This document shows positions 29,916 through 39,600 of a stretch of 64,000 nt of DNA, piece after piece. The number at the start of each line of letters is the position of its first letter. Position 1 is the stretch's first letter. A program made the position numbers and the translations under genes. The notes under the pieces were generated by a model. The model ran no database searches. It saw only the letters and a program-made list of their open reading frames with translations, and had not been told where the DNA came from. Origin of the DNA: Myxococcota bacterium (GTDB taxonomy: Bacteria > Myxococcota_A > Polyangia > Polyangiales > Sandaracinaceae); contig JAYZQJ010000133.1 in the NCBI GenBank assembly GCA_036149055.1, forward strand, positions 32,001 through 96,000. Direction: 5' to 3'.

Positions 29916-29992
29916 GCCGTCCACCCTGCCGGCCCGGCGGGCGCGCCTCCACTAACCTTCCCTGATCTCCCGTCCGCCCCCAGCCTTCGATC

Positions 29993-30427
29993 GTGCTCTG
30001 CCACCACCGCCTGCCCGACCTCCGCCTCACCTGCCTCCTCGTCGGCGCGGTCTACGTGCTCATCGCCGGCGCGATCCTCGTGCGGGGCGCCGACGCGATG
30101 GGCGACTACGCGGTGCCGGCGGAGGTGATCGCCAGCGCGCACTACGCCGACGCGATCACCTGGGTCTACGTGCACATGCTCGTGCTCGGCCTGCTGATCG
30201 CGACCCTCGGGACCCTGGCGGTCACCCCCACGGCCAAGCGCTGGGTCCCGCGCGGCTTGCTCGCCGTCCACCTCGTGTACCTTCTCCTCGACGTGCGCAC
30301 GTCCGACAGCGCCCTGGGGAACGCGCTCTACCGGGGACCCGCCTCGCTCGCCCCGGCCATCGTCGGCGGCATCGTGGCGCTGCTGTTCGTGCACCTGAGC
30401 GTCTGTCGTGGAGAGGCCCGTGGGTGA
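29993..30427 (+). CDS. Hypothetical 4-TM membrane protein
   Basis: Four hydrophobic segments. Confidence 0.65.
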   Translation: MLCHHRLPDLRLTCLLVGAVYVLIAGAILVRGADAMGDYAVPAEVIASAHYADAITWVYVHMLVLGLLIATLGTLAVTPTAKRWVPRGLLAVHLVYLLLDVRTSDSALGNALYRGPASLAPAIVGGIVALLFVHLSVCRGEARG

Positions 30428-31328
30428 CGCCGAGGCGCGGATCGCGGGCGCGGTGGACGGGCTCGTGGCGAGCGAGGTCCTGCGGCCGGTCGCGCTGCAC
30501 TCCTCGGAGGAGCGCCTCTTCGCCGACTGCGACCTCGCCTCGCTGGCCGAGAACCGGCTCGCGGAGTCCGTCGATCCGCGAGGGATCGACCCCGCCACCC
30601 GCGCGCGCTTCCTCGACGAGGCGACCGACGAGACCCAGCGGCTCCCGAGCGAGCGCGCCTACGAGCGCTGCTTCTGGCTGATGGACGAGGGCGAGCGGCT
30701 CGGGACCGTCAGCCTGCTCGACTCGAGCTGGGGCTCGTCGCGCGCCTACCTCGCGAGCCTCTACGTCTTCCCCGACCGTCGCGGCCGGGGCCTCGGCGCC
30801 CGCGCGATGCGGGCCATCCGGGACGCGCTCGCGGCGCGACGCATGGGGCTGCGCCTCGACACGAGCTGGCTCTGGCAGGACGCGGTGCGCTTCTACCTGC
30901 GGCTCGGCATGCGCTGCTGGATGTGGAAGCGGAGCCTCTCGTTCTGCTGGGACCTCGACGCCGTGACGCCGGCGCTCGAGGTCGAGGGCGCGCGCGCCTC
31001 GCTGACCCTGGGCCCGGAGACCACCGTCGTCGCCGCGCACGACGGCGCCTGGCTGAGCCTCGAAGACGGCGAGGGCCACCGCCGGGGTGACGCGCACACC
31101 CACCTCGCGCTGGAGCTGGCGATGCGCGGCTGGCCGCTGCTCCGGAGCGAGGCCGAGCGGAGGCGTCACCGGGCGTCGGACGCCGGCGCCCCCGAGGCGC
31201 TGGCGGATCGGATCGAGGTCTGGGAGGCCTACGCGCGCCACATGGGCTGGCGGGTGGAGACGCCGCGGATCCCCGGGCTCACCTACCCGAGCTGGGCGGA
31301 GCTGCAGCGCGCCTGGACGGAGACGTAG
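30420..31328 (+). CDS. GNAT family N-acetyltransferase
   Basis: SLYVFPDRRGRGLG and AVRFYLRLG motifs. Confidence 0.75.
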   Translation: MGDAEARIAGAVDGLVASEVLRPVALHSSEERLFADCDLASLAENRLAESVDPRGIDPATRARFLDEATDETQRLPSERAYERCFWLMDEGERLGTVSLLDSSWGSSRAYLASLYVFPDRRGRGLGARAMRAIRDALAARRMGLRLDTSWLWQDAVRFYLRLGMRCWMWKRSLSFCWDLDAVTPALEVEGARASLTLGPETTVVAAHDGAWLSLEDGEGHRRGDAHTHLALELAMRGWPLLRSEAERRRHRASDAGAPEALADRIEVWEAYARHMGWRVETPRIPGLTYPSWAELQRAWTET

Positions 31329-31331
31329 GCG

Positions 31332-32318
31332 CTACTTCTTGCGCCAGGGATAGAAGACGACGCCGGTCGCGCGCGCGTTGCGCATGAGCTCGGGGTCGTC
31401 GAGGAGGAGCACGTCGAGCTGCGCCCCCTCGGCGTCGCCCGCGCGGCGCACCTCGCTGACGATGTCGTTCACCCGCTGGCGGAAGCCCGCGTCGACCCGG
31501 AGCCCGACGGTGGGCGAAGGCGCGGCGGGGCCGCGGGCCGCCTGGACCATCGCCGCCCACTCCACCTCGGGGTAGTTGCGCAGCACCACGGTGAGCGCGT
31601 CGAAGAGGGCGTCGCTCGGCATCGAGGCGAGCGGCTGCAGGCTCACGCTCGTGCCGCCGCCGAACGCCGCGGCCGAGGGATCGAAGTCCTTGCTCACCGA
31701 GAAGCCGTCGTCCTCGTCCTGCGTCGGCGCCGGCTCGAGCCCCGGTGTGGACGTGGGCGGCTTGATCTCCGCCGGGACGCGCGGCGCGGCGAGCGATCCG
31801 GGCGCGGGGGTGGCGGTCATCGGCCCGGCGCTCGGCGGCGGGGTCGGGCGCACCGCGCGGATGAGCGACGAGGAGATCTTGCCGGCGCCGGCGAAGGGCC
31901 CGGACGAGTCGCGGCGCGCCGCGGGGCTGAGCAGCGGCTCGAACTCCTCGCGCGCGATCTCGAGGGCGTGATCGTCGGCGATGTCGATCACGACGTAGCT
32001 GAGGTTCTCGCGCACCGCGTAGTTGAGCGCGGCCCGCGCGCCGAGTTCCTGCGCGGGGGCGTTGCCGTGCGCGTCGAGCCAACCGTAGCGCCGCGCCGCC
32101 TCCTCGAGCGCGGCGCGGTGCGTGAAGACGGGGAGCGCGGCCACCCCCTCGCTGTTCACCAGGGTGCGGAACCCCTCGATGCCCTGCGGCCAGGGCACGA
32201 GGTGAACGAGGCGCTGCGACAGCGCGACCAGCGCGTCGACCTTGGCCTGACCGCCGTGGTGCGCGTCACTGATGAGGCGATGAAACGCCGCGAGCTGAGG
32301 ATCGTCCGTTCGAGCCAA
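31332..32318 (-). CDS. SseB family protein (SseB N-domain, Pro-rich linker, SseB_C-like domain)
   Basis: ALPVFTH, YVVID, YPEVEWAAMV; TTG start with AAGGGG RBS and TACAAT -10 upstream. Confidence 0.65.
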   Translation of the reverse strand: MARTDDPQLAAFHRLISDAHHGGQAKVDALVALSQRLVHLVPWPQGIEGFRTLVNSEGVAALPVFTHRAALEEAARRYGWLDAHGNAPAQELGARAALNYAVRENLSYVVIDIADDHALEIAREEFEPLLSPAARRDSSGPFAGAGKISSSLIRAVRPTPPPSAGPMTATPAPGSLAAPRVPAEIKPPTSTPGLEPAPTQDEDDGFSVSKDFDPSAAAFGGGTSVSLQPLASMPSDALFDALTVVLRNYPEVEWAAMVQAARGPAAPSPTVGLRVDAGFRQRVNDIVSEVRRAGDAEGAQLDVLLLDDPELMRNARATGVVFYPWRKK

Positions 32319-32388
32319 AGAGATGCCCCTTGGTGAAACATTGTAGCGTTCCCCTCCGAAGCACCCACTTAACTGCATACTCCGGGGC

Positions 32389-32802
32389 ATGTACCGAGGT
32401 CGGCGACGCGCGTGCCCGGGATGCCGCAGCCCGATGGACGAGGTGCCCGTCGACGCCGGCGCCGGCGCTCACGCCGAGATCGACCGGTGCCCGGCCTGCG
32501 GGGGCGTCTTCCTCGAGTTCTTCGACGGGGAGCCCGCCGCCCTCTCCCGCGGCCTCGAGGGCGCGGCCCCGCCCGCCTCGGGTCGACCGACCGGCGACGC
32601 GGTCTGCCCGGACTGCGAGGAGACGATGGTGCTCCGGCCCTACCTCGACGAGGGTCCGGTGATCCCCCGCTGCGAGGGCTGCCTCGCGGTCTTCCTCACC
32701 CCGGCCCTCCGCGAGGAGATGGCCGCCTGGCGCGCCGCGCCCGACGCCCCCGAGGAGGCGTCCTGGGTGACCCGCCTGCTCGGCTGGCTCGACCGCGCGT
32801 GA
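32389..32802 (+). CDS. Tandem zf-TFIIB Zn-ribbon protein
   Basis: CPGC...M...IDRCPACGGVFL and CPDC...CEGCLAVFL. Confidence 0.75.
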   Translation: MYRGRRRACPGCRSPMDEVPVDAGAGAHAEIDRCPACGGVFLEFFDGEPAALSRGLEGAAPPASGRPTGDAVCPDCEETMVLRPYLDEGPVIPRCEGCLAVFLTPALREEMAAWRAAPDAPEEASWVTRLLGWLDRA

Positions 32803-32810
32803 GGGCGACC

Positions 32811-34343
32811 ATGGAGGTTGGCTTCGGGCGCGCGGACATCACGTTCTTCGAGCGGGGCATGCCGATGCTCGGCTGGGGGAGCCCGCACAACGTCGCCCTC
32901 GGCGTGGAGGCGCCGCTCTACGCGCGGGCGCTCGCCGTCCGGAGCGGAGGGCGCGCGGCCGTCTACGTCTGCGCGGATCTCTGCTTCATCGCGGCCGGGC
33001 TGCGGGTCGCGGTAGAGGAGGCCCTCGCCGGTCGGGTGCACCCCGCCGATCTGCTGCTCACCGCTACCCACACCCACAGCGGGCCGGCGGGCTACAGCCA
33101 CGCGTTCTTCTACGACCTGAGCGGCCCCGGGTTCTCGCGCCGGGTCTTCGAGGGGCTCCGCGACGGGATCGTGCGCGCGGCCACCGACGCGCTCGACGCC
33201 CTCGCGCCCGCGCGGCTGACGCTCCGCTCGGGCTTCGTGCCGGGCGCCGAGCCGATCGCCTTCAACCGCTCCCCGGGCGCTCACCGGCGCAACCCGGACG
33301 CGGCGGGCGAGGACGTCGACCGGGAGATGCTCGTGCTCGACACCGGGCGCGGGGTGCTGAGCTTCTTCGCCCTCCACGCGACGTCGGTGCACGGCGACGG
33401 GACGCGCATCCACCCCGATCACAAGGGCCTCGCGTGCGAGGCCTACGAGGCGGCGCGCGGCGTGCCGGCGATCTTCGCCCAGGGCGCGGCCGGCGACGTG
33501 AGCCCGAACTTCCGCGCGTCGAGCGCGCGCGGGGTGACCGTCGGCCGCTACGACGACGACCTCGACAGCGCCGCCTACGTCGGGCGGGTGCAGGCGCGGG
33601 CCGCGGCCGCGATCACCGAGCGCGACGGCGTGGCGCTGGACGGCCCGGTCGGGGGCGCGCTCCGGCGCGTGGACCTCGAGCGAACCCCGACCGCGCGCGG
33701 GCGCACGACGATCGGGCGCCTCGGCCTGGCGATGGCGGGCGGCACCGCGGAGGGGCCGGGCCCGCTGGCCGCGCTCGCCCCGCTCGTGCGGCTCGCCCCG
33801 CGCAAGGCGCCGCTGCTCGAGATCGGCCCGGGCCGCCGCCGCCGCCTCTTCGGCCTGATCGATCCGACCCGCGTCGCCCTGGATCACCCGGCCTTCGAGC
33901 ACGCGCGCCGGGTCGCCGCCGCTGGCGGGCTGGACGGGCAGCCCTGGATCCCGACCGTGCTCCCGGTGCAGCTCTGGCGGGTCGGCGCCTTCTGCGTCGC
34001 CGCCCTCCCCAACGAGCCGACGGTCATGGTCGGCCGCCGCCTCCGCGCGCGCCTGGAGCGGATCCTCGCGCCGCTGGGCGTGCGCCGCGTGCACGTGCAG
34101 GGCTACGCCAACGCCTACGCCGGCTACCTCACCACGCCCGAGGAGTACGCCGCGCAGCGCTACGAGGGCGCCTACACGCTCTTCGGCCCGCGCACCTACG
34201 ACGCCTTCGCCGAGACGCTCGACGCCCTCGCGCCCGCGCTCGCCGCCGACGCGCCGCACGAGAGCGGCCCGCCCCTCCCCCGCTGCGACGACGCCCAGCT
34301 CGCCGCCCGGGCCTGGACCGGACCCGAGCCTCAATCCTCGTGA
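32811..34343 (+). CDS. Neutral/alkaline ceramidase family protein
   Basis: GRADIT, LYARAL, ATHTHSGPAGY, FNRS, HATS, GDVSPN, EPTVMVGRR, ANAYAGYLTTPEEY...YEGAYTLFG. Confidence 0.85.
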   Translation: MEVGFGRADITFFERGMPMLGWGSPHNVALGVEAPLYARALAVRSGGRAAVYVCADLCFIAAGLRVAVEEALAGRVHPADLLLTATHTHSGPAGYSHAFFYDLSGPGFSRRVFEGLRDGIVRAATDALDALAPARLTLRSGFVPGAEPIAFNRSPGAHRRNPDAAGEDVDREMLVLDTGRGVLSFFALHATSVHGDGTRIHPDHKGLACEAYEAARGVPAIFAQGAAGDVSPNFRASSARGVTVGRYDDDLDSAAYVGRVQARAAAAITERDGVALDGPVGGALRRVDLERTPTARGRTTIGRLGLAMAGGTAEGPGPLAALAPLVRLAPRKAPLLEIGPGRRRRLFGLIDPTRVALDHPAFEHARRVAAAGGLDGQPWIPTVLPVQLWRVGAFCVAALPNEPTVMVGRRLRARLERILAPLGVRRVHVQGYANAYAGYLTTPEEYAAQRYEGAYTLFGPRTYDAFAETLDALAPALAADAPHESGPPLPRCDDAQLAARAWTGPEPQSS

Positions 34344-34834
34344 GGCGGCTCCTCCCAGTCGATCGGCATCGGCTCGCCCATCAGCGGCTCGGGCTCCACC
34401 ATCCGGCCGACCTCGATCTCGCCTTCGAGGCCCTTCGCGAGCTCGCCGACCACGGTGCGATCGAGCCAGCCGGCGAGGTCGACGCCGCTGACCCGGAAGA
34501 GACCGAGGGCGGCGACCATCGAGACGAGCGCGACGAAGAGGGCGGCGGCGCCGGCGAGGGTGCGACGCGCCGCCCGGCGGACGGCGGCGAACCGGATCGG
34601 GGCGCAGTCGACGGTGCTCACCGTGCCGTCGGCCCGGCGGTAGAAGCGCACGCAGAGCTTGCCCTCGCGCTCCTCGATCAGCGCCTGCGCCCGCTCGCGG
34701 GTCATCGCCGAGAGGTCGTAGACGTTCTTCTCGCAGAGGCCGCAGAAGCGGACCTCGCCGTCGCCGCGCATCCCCGCCCAGTCCTCGGGGCAGGGGTCCT
34801 TCACCGTGAGCACGTCGAGCTTCAACTTCGTCAC
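34331..34834 (-). CDS. Membrane protein with PCxEDWxxM...CxxC domain (paralog 2)
   Basis: PCPEDWAGMRGDGEVRFCGLCEKNVYDLS, CVRFYRRADGTV, DC, TM; GTGA overlap. Confidence 0.75.
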   Translation of the reverse strand: MTKLKLDVLTVKDPCPEDWAGMRGDGEVRFCGLCEKNVYDLSAMTRERAQALIEEREGKLCVRFYRRADGTVSTVDCAPIRFAAVRRAARRTLAGAAALFVALVSMVAALGLFRVSGVDLAGWLDRTVVGELAKGLEGEIEVGRMVEPEPLMGEPMPIDWEEPPHED

Positions 34835-35280
34835 TGGCCCTCCTCCGCTTCGCCGACCGGCACATGCTCCATCGGGGGCGCGCCCATGATCATCACCGGC
34901 TCCGGCGAGAGCTTCTCGGCGACCCACTCGCTCGCCCCGACCAGCGAGGCAGCCCCGAGGCCTCCGGCCAGCGTCAGCACGCCCGCGATCGCGGCGGCCG
35001 CGATCTTCAGGCTGCGCCGGGCGGCGGCGCGGGCCGCGGCCAGCCGATCCGGGGTGCAGTCCTTGGTCGTGACCGTGCCGTCGGCGCGCCGGTAGAAGCG
35101 GACGCACGCCCCGCTGGCCAGCAGCGCCTCCGCCTCGTCGGCGGTGAGGCGCGACAGGTCGAAGACGTCGCGGTCGCAGGTGCCGCAGTGGCGACGGTGC
35201 CCCTCGCCCGTCATGGCGTCCCAGTCCTCGGCGCAGGGCTCGGCGATGTCGAGGACTTCGAGGTGTACGTGGCGCTGCAT
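34831..35280 (-). CDS. Membrane protein with PCxEDWxxM...CxxC domain (paralog 1)
   Basis: PCAEDWDAMTGEGHRRHCGTCDRDVFDLS, CVRFYRRADGTV, DC, TM. Confidence 0.75.
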   Translation of the reverse strand: MQRHVHLEVLDIAEPCAEDWDAMTGEGHRRHCGTCDRDVFDLSRLTADEAEALLASGACVRFYRRADGTVTTKDCTPDRLAAARAAARRSLKIAAAAIAGVLTLAGGLGAASLVGASEWVAEKLSPEPVMIMGAPPMEHVPVGEAEEGQ

Positions 35281-35355
35281 CGGCCGGTGGAACCCGGGGC
35301 GCGGGGCCGACCTTGGGCGCCCAAGCTCGCCGGCGTTCGCCCGGTCCGTCGAGCC

Positions 35356-36120
35356 ATGAAGCGCGCCCTCGCGACCCTGCCCCTGGCGACCCTGAGCGGC
35401 TGCGCCGCCGGCGCCCTGTTCGCCCTGATCGCCGCCGCCCTCTCCTTCGGCCCCCTCGAGGACGCGCGTCATCCGCTCGGGCTGTTCGCGCTCGCGCCGC
35501 TGCCCGCGATCGCCGGCGCGTGGCTCGACTGGGCGCGCCTCTGGCGGCCGAGCGGTCGCACCCGCTTCTGGAGCGCCGCCCTGCTCGCGCTCACCTTCGC
35601 GGCGTCGGTGGAGACGTTCGTGCTCTCGGGCAGCGCGCTGTGGGCGGCGGCGATCCCGCTCGGCGCCCTCGCGGTCGTGTCGACCGGCGCCGCGCTGCTG
35701 ACCCGCGCCCCGGCGCTCTTCGGCCTCCGCCTGGTCCACGGCCGCGTCCGCCGCGACGAGGAGGAGCGCGTCATCCTGGAGAGCGAAGGCGGCGCCCTCA
35801 GCCTCGATCGGCGCGATCCCGAGCTCGGCGCCCAGCAGACGGTCGACGTCTCCATCGGCGCGCCCCTGGCCACGCTCGCGCGGGTCGTGCCCGAGGTCGG
35901 CGACGGCTGCCCGTTCCGCACCGAGCGGCGGGCCCGCGCCAGCGCGCTGGTCGCGGTGGCCCCCGACGTCGCCGGGCTCCGGCTCACCCTGCGGCGCCGC
36001 GCCCGCGCCTGGGCCGCTTTCCTCGTGCTGCTCGCGGTCGGCGCGACCGCGCTCACCGCGGCCGCCGCCCATCGGCCGACCGTCGACTCCCCGTCCGAGG
36101 ACCGCTCCGTCGACGCGTGA
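35356..36120 (+). CDS. Hypothetical membrane protein
   Basis: Several TM segments; ATG at 35356. Confidence 0.6.
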   Translation: MKRALATLPLATLSGCAAGALFALIAAALSFGPLEDARHPLGLFALAPLPAIAGAWLDWARLWRPSGRTRFWSAALLALTFAASVETFVLSGSALWAAAIPLGALAVVSTGAALLTRAPALFGLRLVHGRVRRDEEERVILESEGGALSLDRRDPELGAQQTVDVSIGAPLATLARVVPEVGDGCPFRTERRARASALVAVAPDVAGLRLTLRRRARAWAAFLVLLAVGATALTAAAAHRPTVDSPSEDRSVDA

Positions 36121-36179
36121 GCGGGCACCTGCCCGACCGGGGGATGTCCGGGCCGGCGAGCCGCTCTATAGCTGGCAGG

Positions 36180-38087
36180 ATGGAGTCGCGCCGACGCTGG
36201 ATGCTGATCGCCGCGGTCGTCGCCCTGCTGGGGGCGGCGGCGTGGTGGCTCTGGCCGGCCACCGCGCGCCTCCTGGAGACCGGGGCGGAGGGCGCGACGG
36301 CGGGCTTCGAGGATCCCGACGTGCTCGGCGGCGCGGGCGGCGGGAGCGAGGCCGAGCGCGCGGCGCGCATGCGGGTGCTCGGCGACGCCGGCGCCGGCGC
36401 GCTCGACTGGACCCCGACCGCGACCGTCTCGGACGACCCGGCGAGCCCGCACGGCAGCCTGCACGGCCGGGTGCTCTCGAGCCGTGACGGCGCCCCGGTC
36501 GCCGGCGCGGAGCTCGTCTTCACCCACGAGGGCGCGTCGATCACCGCGCGCACCGACGCCGACGGCGCGTTCTCCGCCGCGGTGAGCCGACCCGGGCGCT
36601 ACGAGCTCTCGATCGCGACCGCGGAGGGCTTCCTCCCCTACGCGCCCGAGTGGGGCCACAGCGCGATCGCGTTCGAGGCCCGCCCGCGCCAGCGCATCGA
36701 GGGAGTCGTCGTGCAGCTCCGCCCCGAGCGGCGGGTGGAGGTGGTCGTGGTCGACCGGGAGACCGCGCCGGTGGCGGGGGCCACGGTGCGCGTCATGGGC
36801 GCGGGGAGCGGCGAGCGCGCGATGGCGCCGGTGCAGGAGCAGTACACGACCGACGCCGAGGGCCGCGCGACGGTGGTGGTGTGGCGCTGGGCGGCGCTCG
36901 AGGCGCGGCACCCGGAGCGCGGCGTCGGGCGCGAGCGTGTGGGGCGCGGCGACGGCCCGGTGCAGATCACGCTGCGCGCCCTCACGGGCGACGAGACCGC
37001 GTCCGAGCGGATCGCGGGCGTGGTCGTGAACGCCTCCGGGGAGCCGGTCGAGGGCGCGCTGGTGACCGCGTTCCGGCGGGCGCGGGGCATTCACCCGTCG
37101 GCGCAGTCCGCCACCGACCAGGGCGGCGCCTTCGCGCTCGAGGGCCTCGACCGGGGCGCCCACGTCCTGCTCGCGCGACACCCCGCGCACCCCGACGCGC
37201 GGCTCGCGCCGGTCGAGTCCGGCACCGAGGACGCGCGCATCACGCTCGAGGGCGGGCTGACCGTGCGGGGCCGGGTGGTCGACGAGACGGGGCGGCCGGT
37301 CCCCGCCGCGCAGGTGAGCGTCCGCCGCGGCGCCTCCCGACTGACCCGCCGCACGGTCGGCGGGGTGGTCAGCTACGACGCCGACGGCCGGTTCGAGGTC
37401 AGCGGGCTCTCGGAGGGCGAGATCGAGCTCGTCGCCGCCTCGCGCGGCTACCCTCCGTCGGAGCCGGTCCTGGCTCGCGCGGGAGACGCCGACGTCACGC
37501 TGACCCTCGAGCGGGGCGGGCGAATCGAGGGCGTGGTCCGGAGCGAGGACGGCGCCCCGATCGCGGGCGCGCGGGTCACGATCGAGAGCGGCGTCGGGCG
37601 CGGGAGCGCGGCCGGCAGACCGATCGCGCCCACCGTCAGCGACCAGAGCGGCGCCTTCGCGCTCGACGGGGTGGGCCGCGAGCCCCGCTCGATCCGGGTC
37701 GGCGCGGACGGCTTCCACGGGCGCCTCGTCTCCGGCTTCACCGTCTCCCCCGGGCAGACGCGCCGCCTCGAGGTGACGCTGACCCCGGTCGCCGAGGGCG
37801 AAGAGGAGCGCACCGAGCTGGTGGGCATCGGCGTCAACGTCTGGCCCCGCGGGGACGCCCTGATCGTCGGCCGGGTGGTCGAGGGCGGGAGCGCCGAGGC
37901 GGCCGGCCTCCAGCGCGGCGACCGGATCCTCGCCGTCGACGGTGCGCCGGTCGAGGGCCTCGGCTTCCGCCCCGCGCTCGAGCGGATCCGCGGCAGCGAG
38001 GGCAGCACCGTCGTGCTCACGATCCAGCGCGCCGGGGAAGACGCGCCCGCCCAGCTCCCGATCGTGCGCCGCCGGATCCGCACCTGA
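36180..38087 (+). CDS. Carboxypeptidase-regulatory-like repeat protein with C-terminal PDZ
   Basis: N-terminal TM; repeated GRV...G.PV.GA.V...TD..G.F modules; VGIGV...GGSAEAAGLQRGDRILAVDG PDZ. Confidence 0.85.
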   Translation: MESRRRWMLIAAVVALLGAAAWWLWPATARLLETGAEGATAGFEDPDVLGGAGGGSEAERAARMRVLGDAGAGALDWTPTATVSDDPASPHGSLHGRVLSSRDGAPVAGAELVFTHEGASITARTDADGAFSAAVSRPGRYELSIATAEGFLPYAPEWGHSAIAFEARPRQRIEGVVVQLRPERRVEVVVVDRETAPVAGATVRVMGAGSGERAMAPVQEQYTTDAEGRATVVVWRWAALEARHPERGVGRERVGRGDGPVQITLRALTGDETASERIAGVVVNASGEPVEGALVTAFRRARGIHPSAQSATDQGGAFALEGLDRGAHVLLARHPAHPDARLAPVESGTEDARITLEGGLTVRGRVVDETGRPVPAAQVSVRRGASRLTRRTVGGVVSYDADGRFEVSGLSEGEIELVAASRGYPPSEPVLARAGDADVTLTLERGGRIEGVVRSEDGAPIAGARVTIESGVGRGSAAGRPIAPTVSDQSGAFALDGVGREPRSIRVGADGFHGRLVSGFTVSPGQTRRLEVTLTPVAEGEEERTELVGIGVNVWPRGDALIVGRVVEGGSAEAAGLQRGDRILAVDGAPVEGLGFRPALERIRGSEGSTVVLTIQRAGEDAPAQLPIVRRRIRT

Positions 38088-38091
38088 TCGG

Positions 38092-39600
38092 TCAGCGGCT
38101 CGCGAGGAGGCGCTCGATCTCGCGCAAGATCTCGTCCGGTCTCACCGGCTTGGTCAGGTGCCGATCGAAGCCCGCCTCGCGTGCGCGCCGCCGGTCCGCC
38201 TCCTGGCCGTAGCCGCTCGCCGCCACCAGCGCGATCGACGCGCCGAGCTCGCGGCGCACCGCGCTCGCCACCTCGTAGCCGCTCAGCCCCGGGAGGCCGA
38301 TGTCGATCACGGCCGCGTCGGGCCGCTCCTCGAGCACCAGCGCGAGCCCGCTCGGGCCGTCGGGGGCCGACACGACGCGGTGACCGCGCCGGGTGAGCGC
38401 GAGCTCCATCATCTCGCGGGTGTCGTCGTTGTCCTCGACGAGCGCGATGCGCCGCGTCGGCGTCGGCGAGGGCGCCTCCTCGGCGTCCGCGTCCTCGCCC
38501 TGCGCCTCGGGCTCGAGCGCGGGGAGGCGCACGATGAGCTCGGAGCCCCGACCGAGGCCTTCGCTCCGCGCCTCGACCGTGCCGCCGTGGCGCTCGATGA
38601 GGCTGCGGACGAGGGTCAGCCCGACGCCCATGCCGCCCTGCGCCCGGTCGAGGCTCCCCTCCACCTGCATGAACTCGTCGAACACGCTCGAGAGCACCGA
38701 GCTGTCCATGCCCACCCCGTCGTCGGCGACCCGGACCGTGACCCAGCCACCCTCCGCCGAGGCGGTCACCCGCACGTTCCCGCCCCGCGGCGTGTACTTC
38801 ACGCAGTTCGTCAGCAGGTTTCCGATCGCCTGCTCGAGCCGCGCGGCGTCGGCCCGGACCCGCAGCGCCGCCTCGCGCTCGAGCTCCAGCGTGACCCCGG
38901 CCCCCTCGAAGCGCGGACGCCACGCCTCGATCCACTGGCCGAGCGCGCGCGACAGGTCGAGCGGCGCGAGCTTCAGCTGGAGCTTGCCGGTCGTCACCCG
39001 GGCCACGTCGAGCAGGTCGTCGACCAGCCGGGTGAGCTGCCGGGTCTGACGGCGCAGGACCGCGACCGTCGGATCCGCCGCGCCCCGCTCGCCCTCGAGC
39101 TGCTCGCCCGCGAGCGCGATCGACGACAGCGGGTTCCGCAGCTCGTGGCCGAGCATGGCCAGGAACTGATCGCGGCGCCGGATCGCGCCCCGCGCCGCGT
39201 ACTGCCGACGGCGCGCCCGGAGCGCCGCCTTCGTCGCCTGCACCAGCGTGCGGAGCCGGAGCGGGGTGTCGAGCAGGGTCACGTTGCCGAGCGGGTGGAG
39301 CGCCGCGCTCGAGACGCGCCGGACGTGCCGCCCGCTCGCGACGAGCACCGGCAGATCCGACCAGGGGGCCTGCGCCGACAGGAGGGCGCCGAGCCGCTCG
39401 ATCGCCGGCGCGGTCAGCAGCTCCTCGCTCAGGACGAGGGCGCCGACCTCCTCCGCGAGCGCGCCGCACACGGCGTCCAGGCTCGCGCAGCCTCGGGCCT
39501 CGACGTCGTGCTCGGAGAGGGTGCGGCACGCCACCTCCGCGTCCGTCGCGCTGGCCGACCAGAAGAGGACGAGCTCCGAGCCGCGGTCAGCCGTCGTCAT
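38092..39600 (-). CDS. Hybrid sensor histidine kinase/response regulator
   Basis: FLAMLGHELRNPL, NLLTNCVKY, DDGVG, GMGVGL, receiver VEDN...DIGLP...KP. Confidence 0.92.
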   Translation of the reverse strand: MTTADRGSELVLFWSASATDAEVACRTLSEHDVEARGCASLDAVCGALAEEVGALVLSEELLTAPAIERLGALLSAQAPWSDLPVLVASGRHVRRVSSAALHPLGNVTLLDTPLRLRTLVQATKAALRARRRQYAARGAIRRRDQFLAMLGHELRNPLSSIALAGEQLEGERGAADPTVAVLRRQTRQLTRLVDDLLDVARVTTGKLQLKLAPLDLSRALGQWIEAWRPRFEGAGVTLELEREAALRVRADAARLEQAIGNLLTNCVKYTPRGGNVRVTASAEGGWVTVRVADDGVGMDSSVLSSVFDEFMQVEGSLDRAQGGMGVGLTLVRSLIERHGGTVEARSEGLGRGSELIVRLPALEPEAQGEDADAEEAPSPTPTRRIALVEDNDDTREMMELALTRRGHRVVSAPDGPSGLALVLEERPDAAVIDIGLPGLSGYEVASAVRRELGASIALVAASGYGQEADRRRAREAGFDRHLTKPVRPDEILREIERLLASR

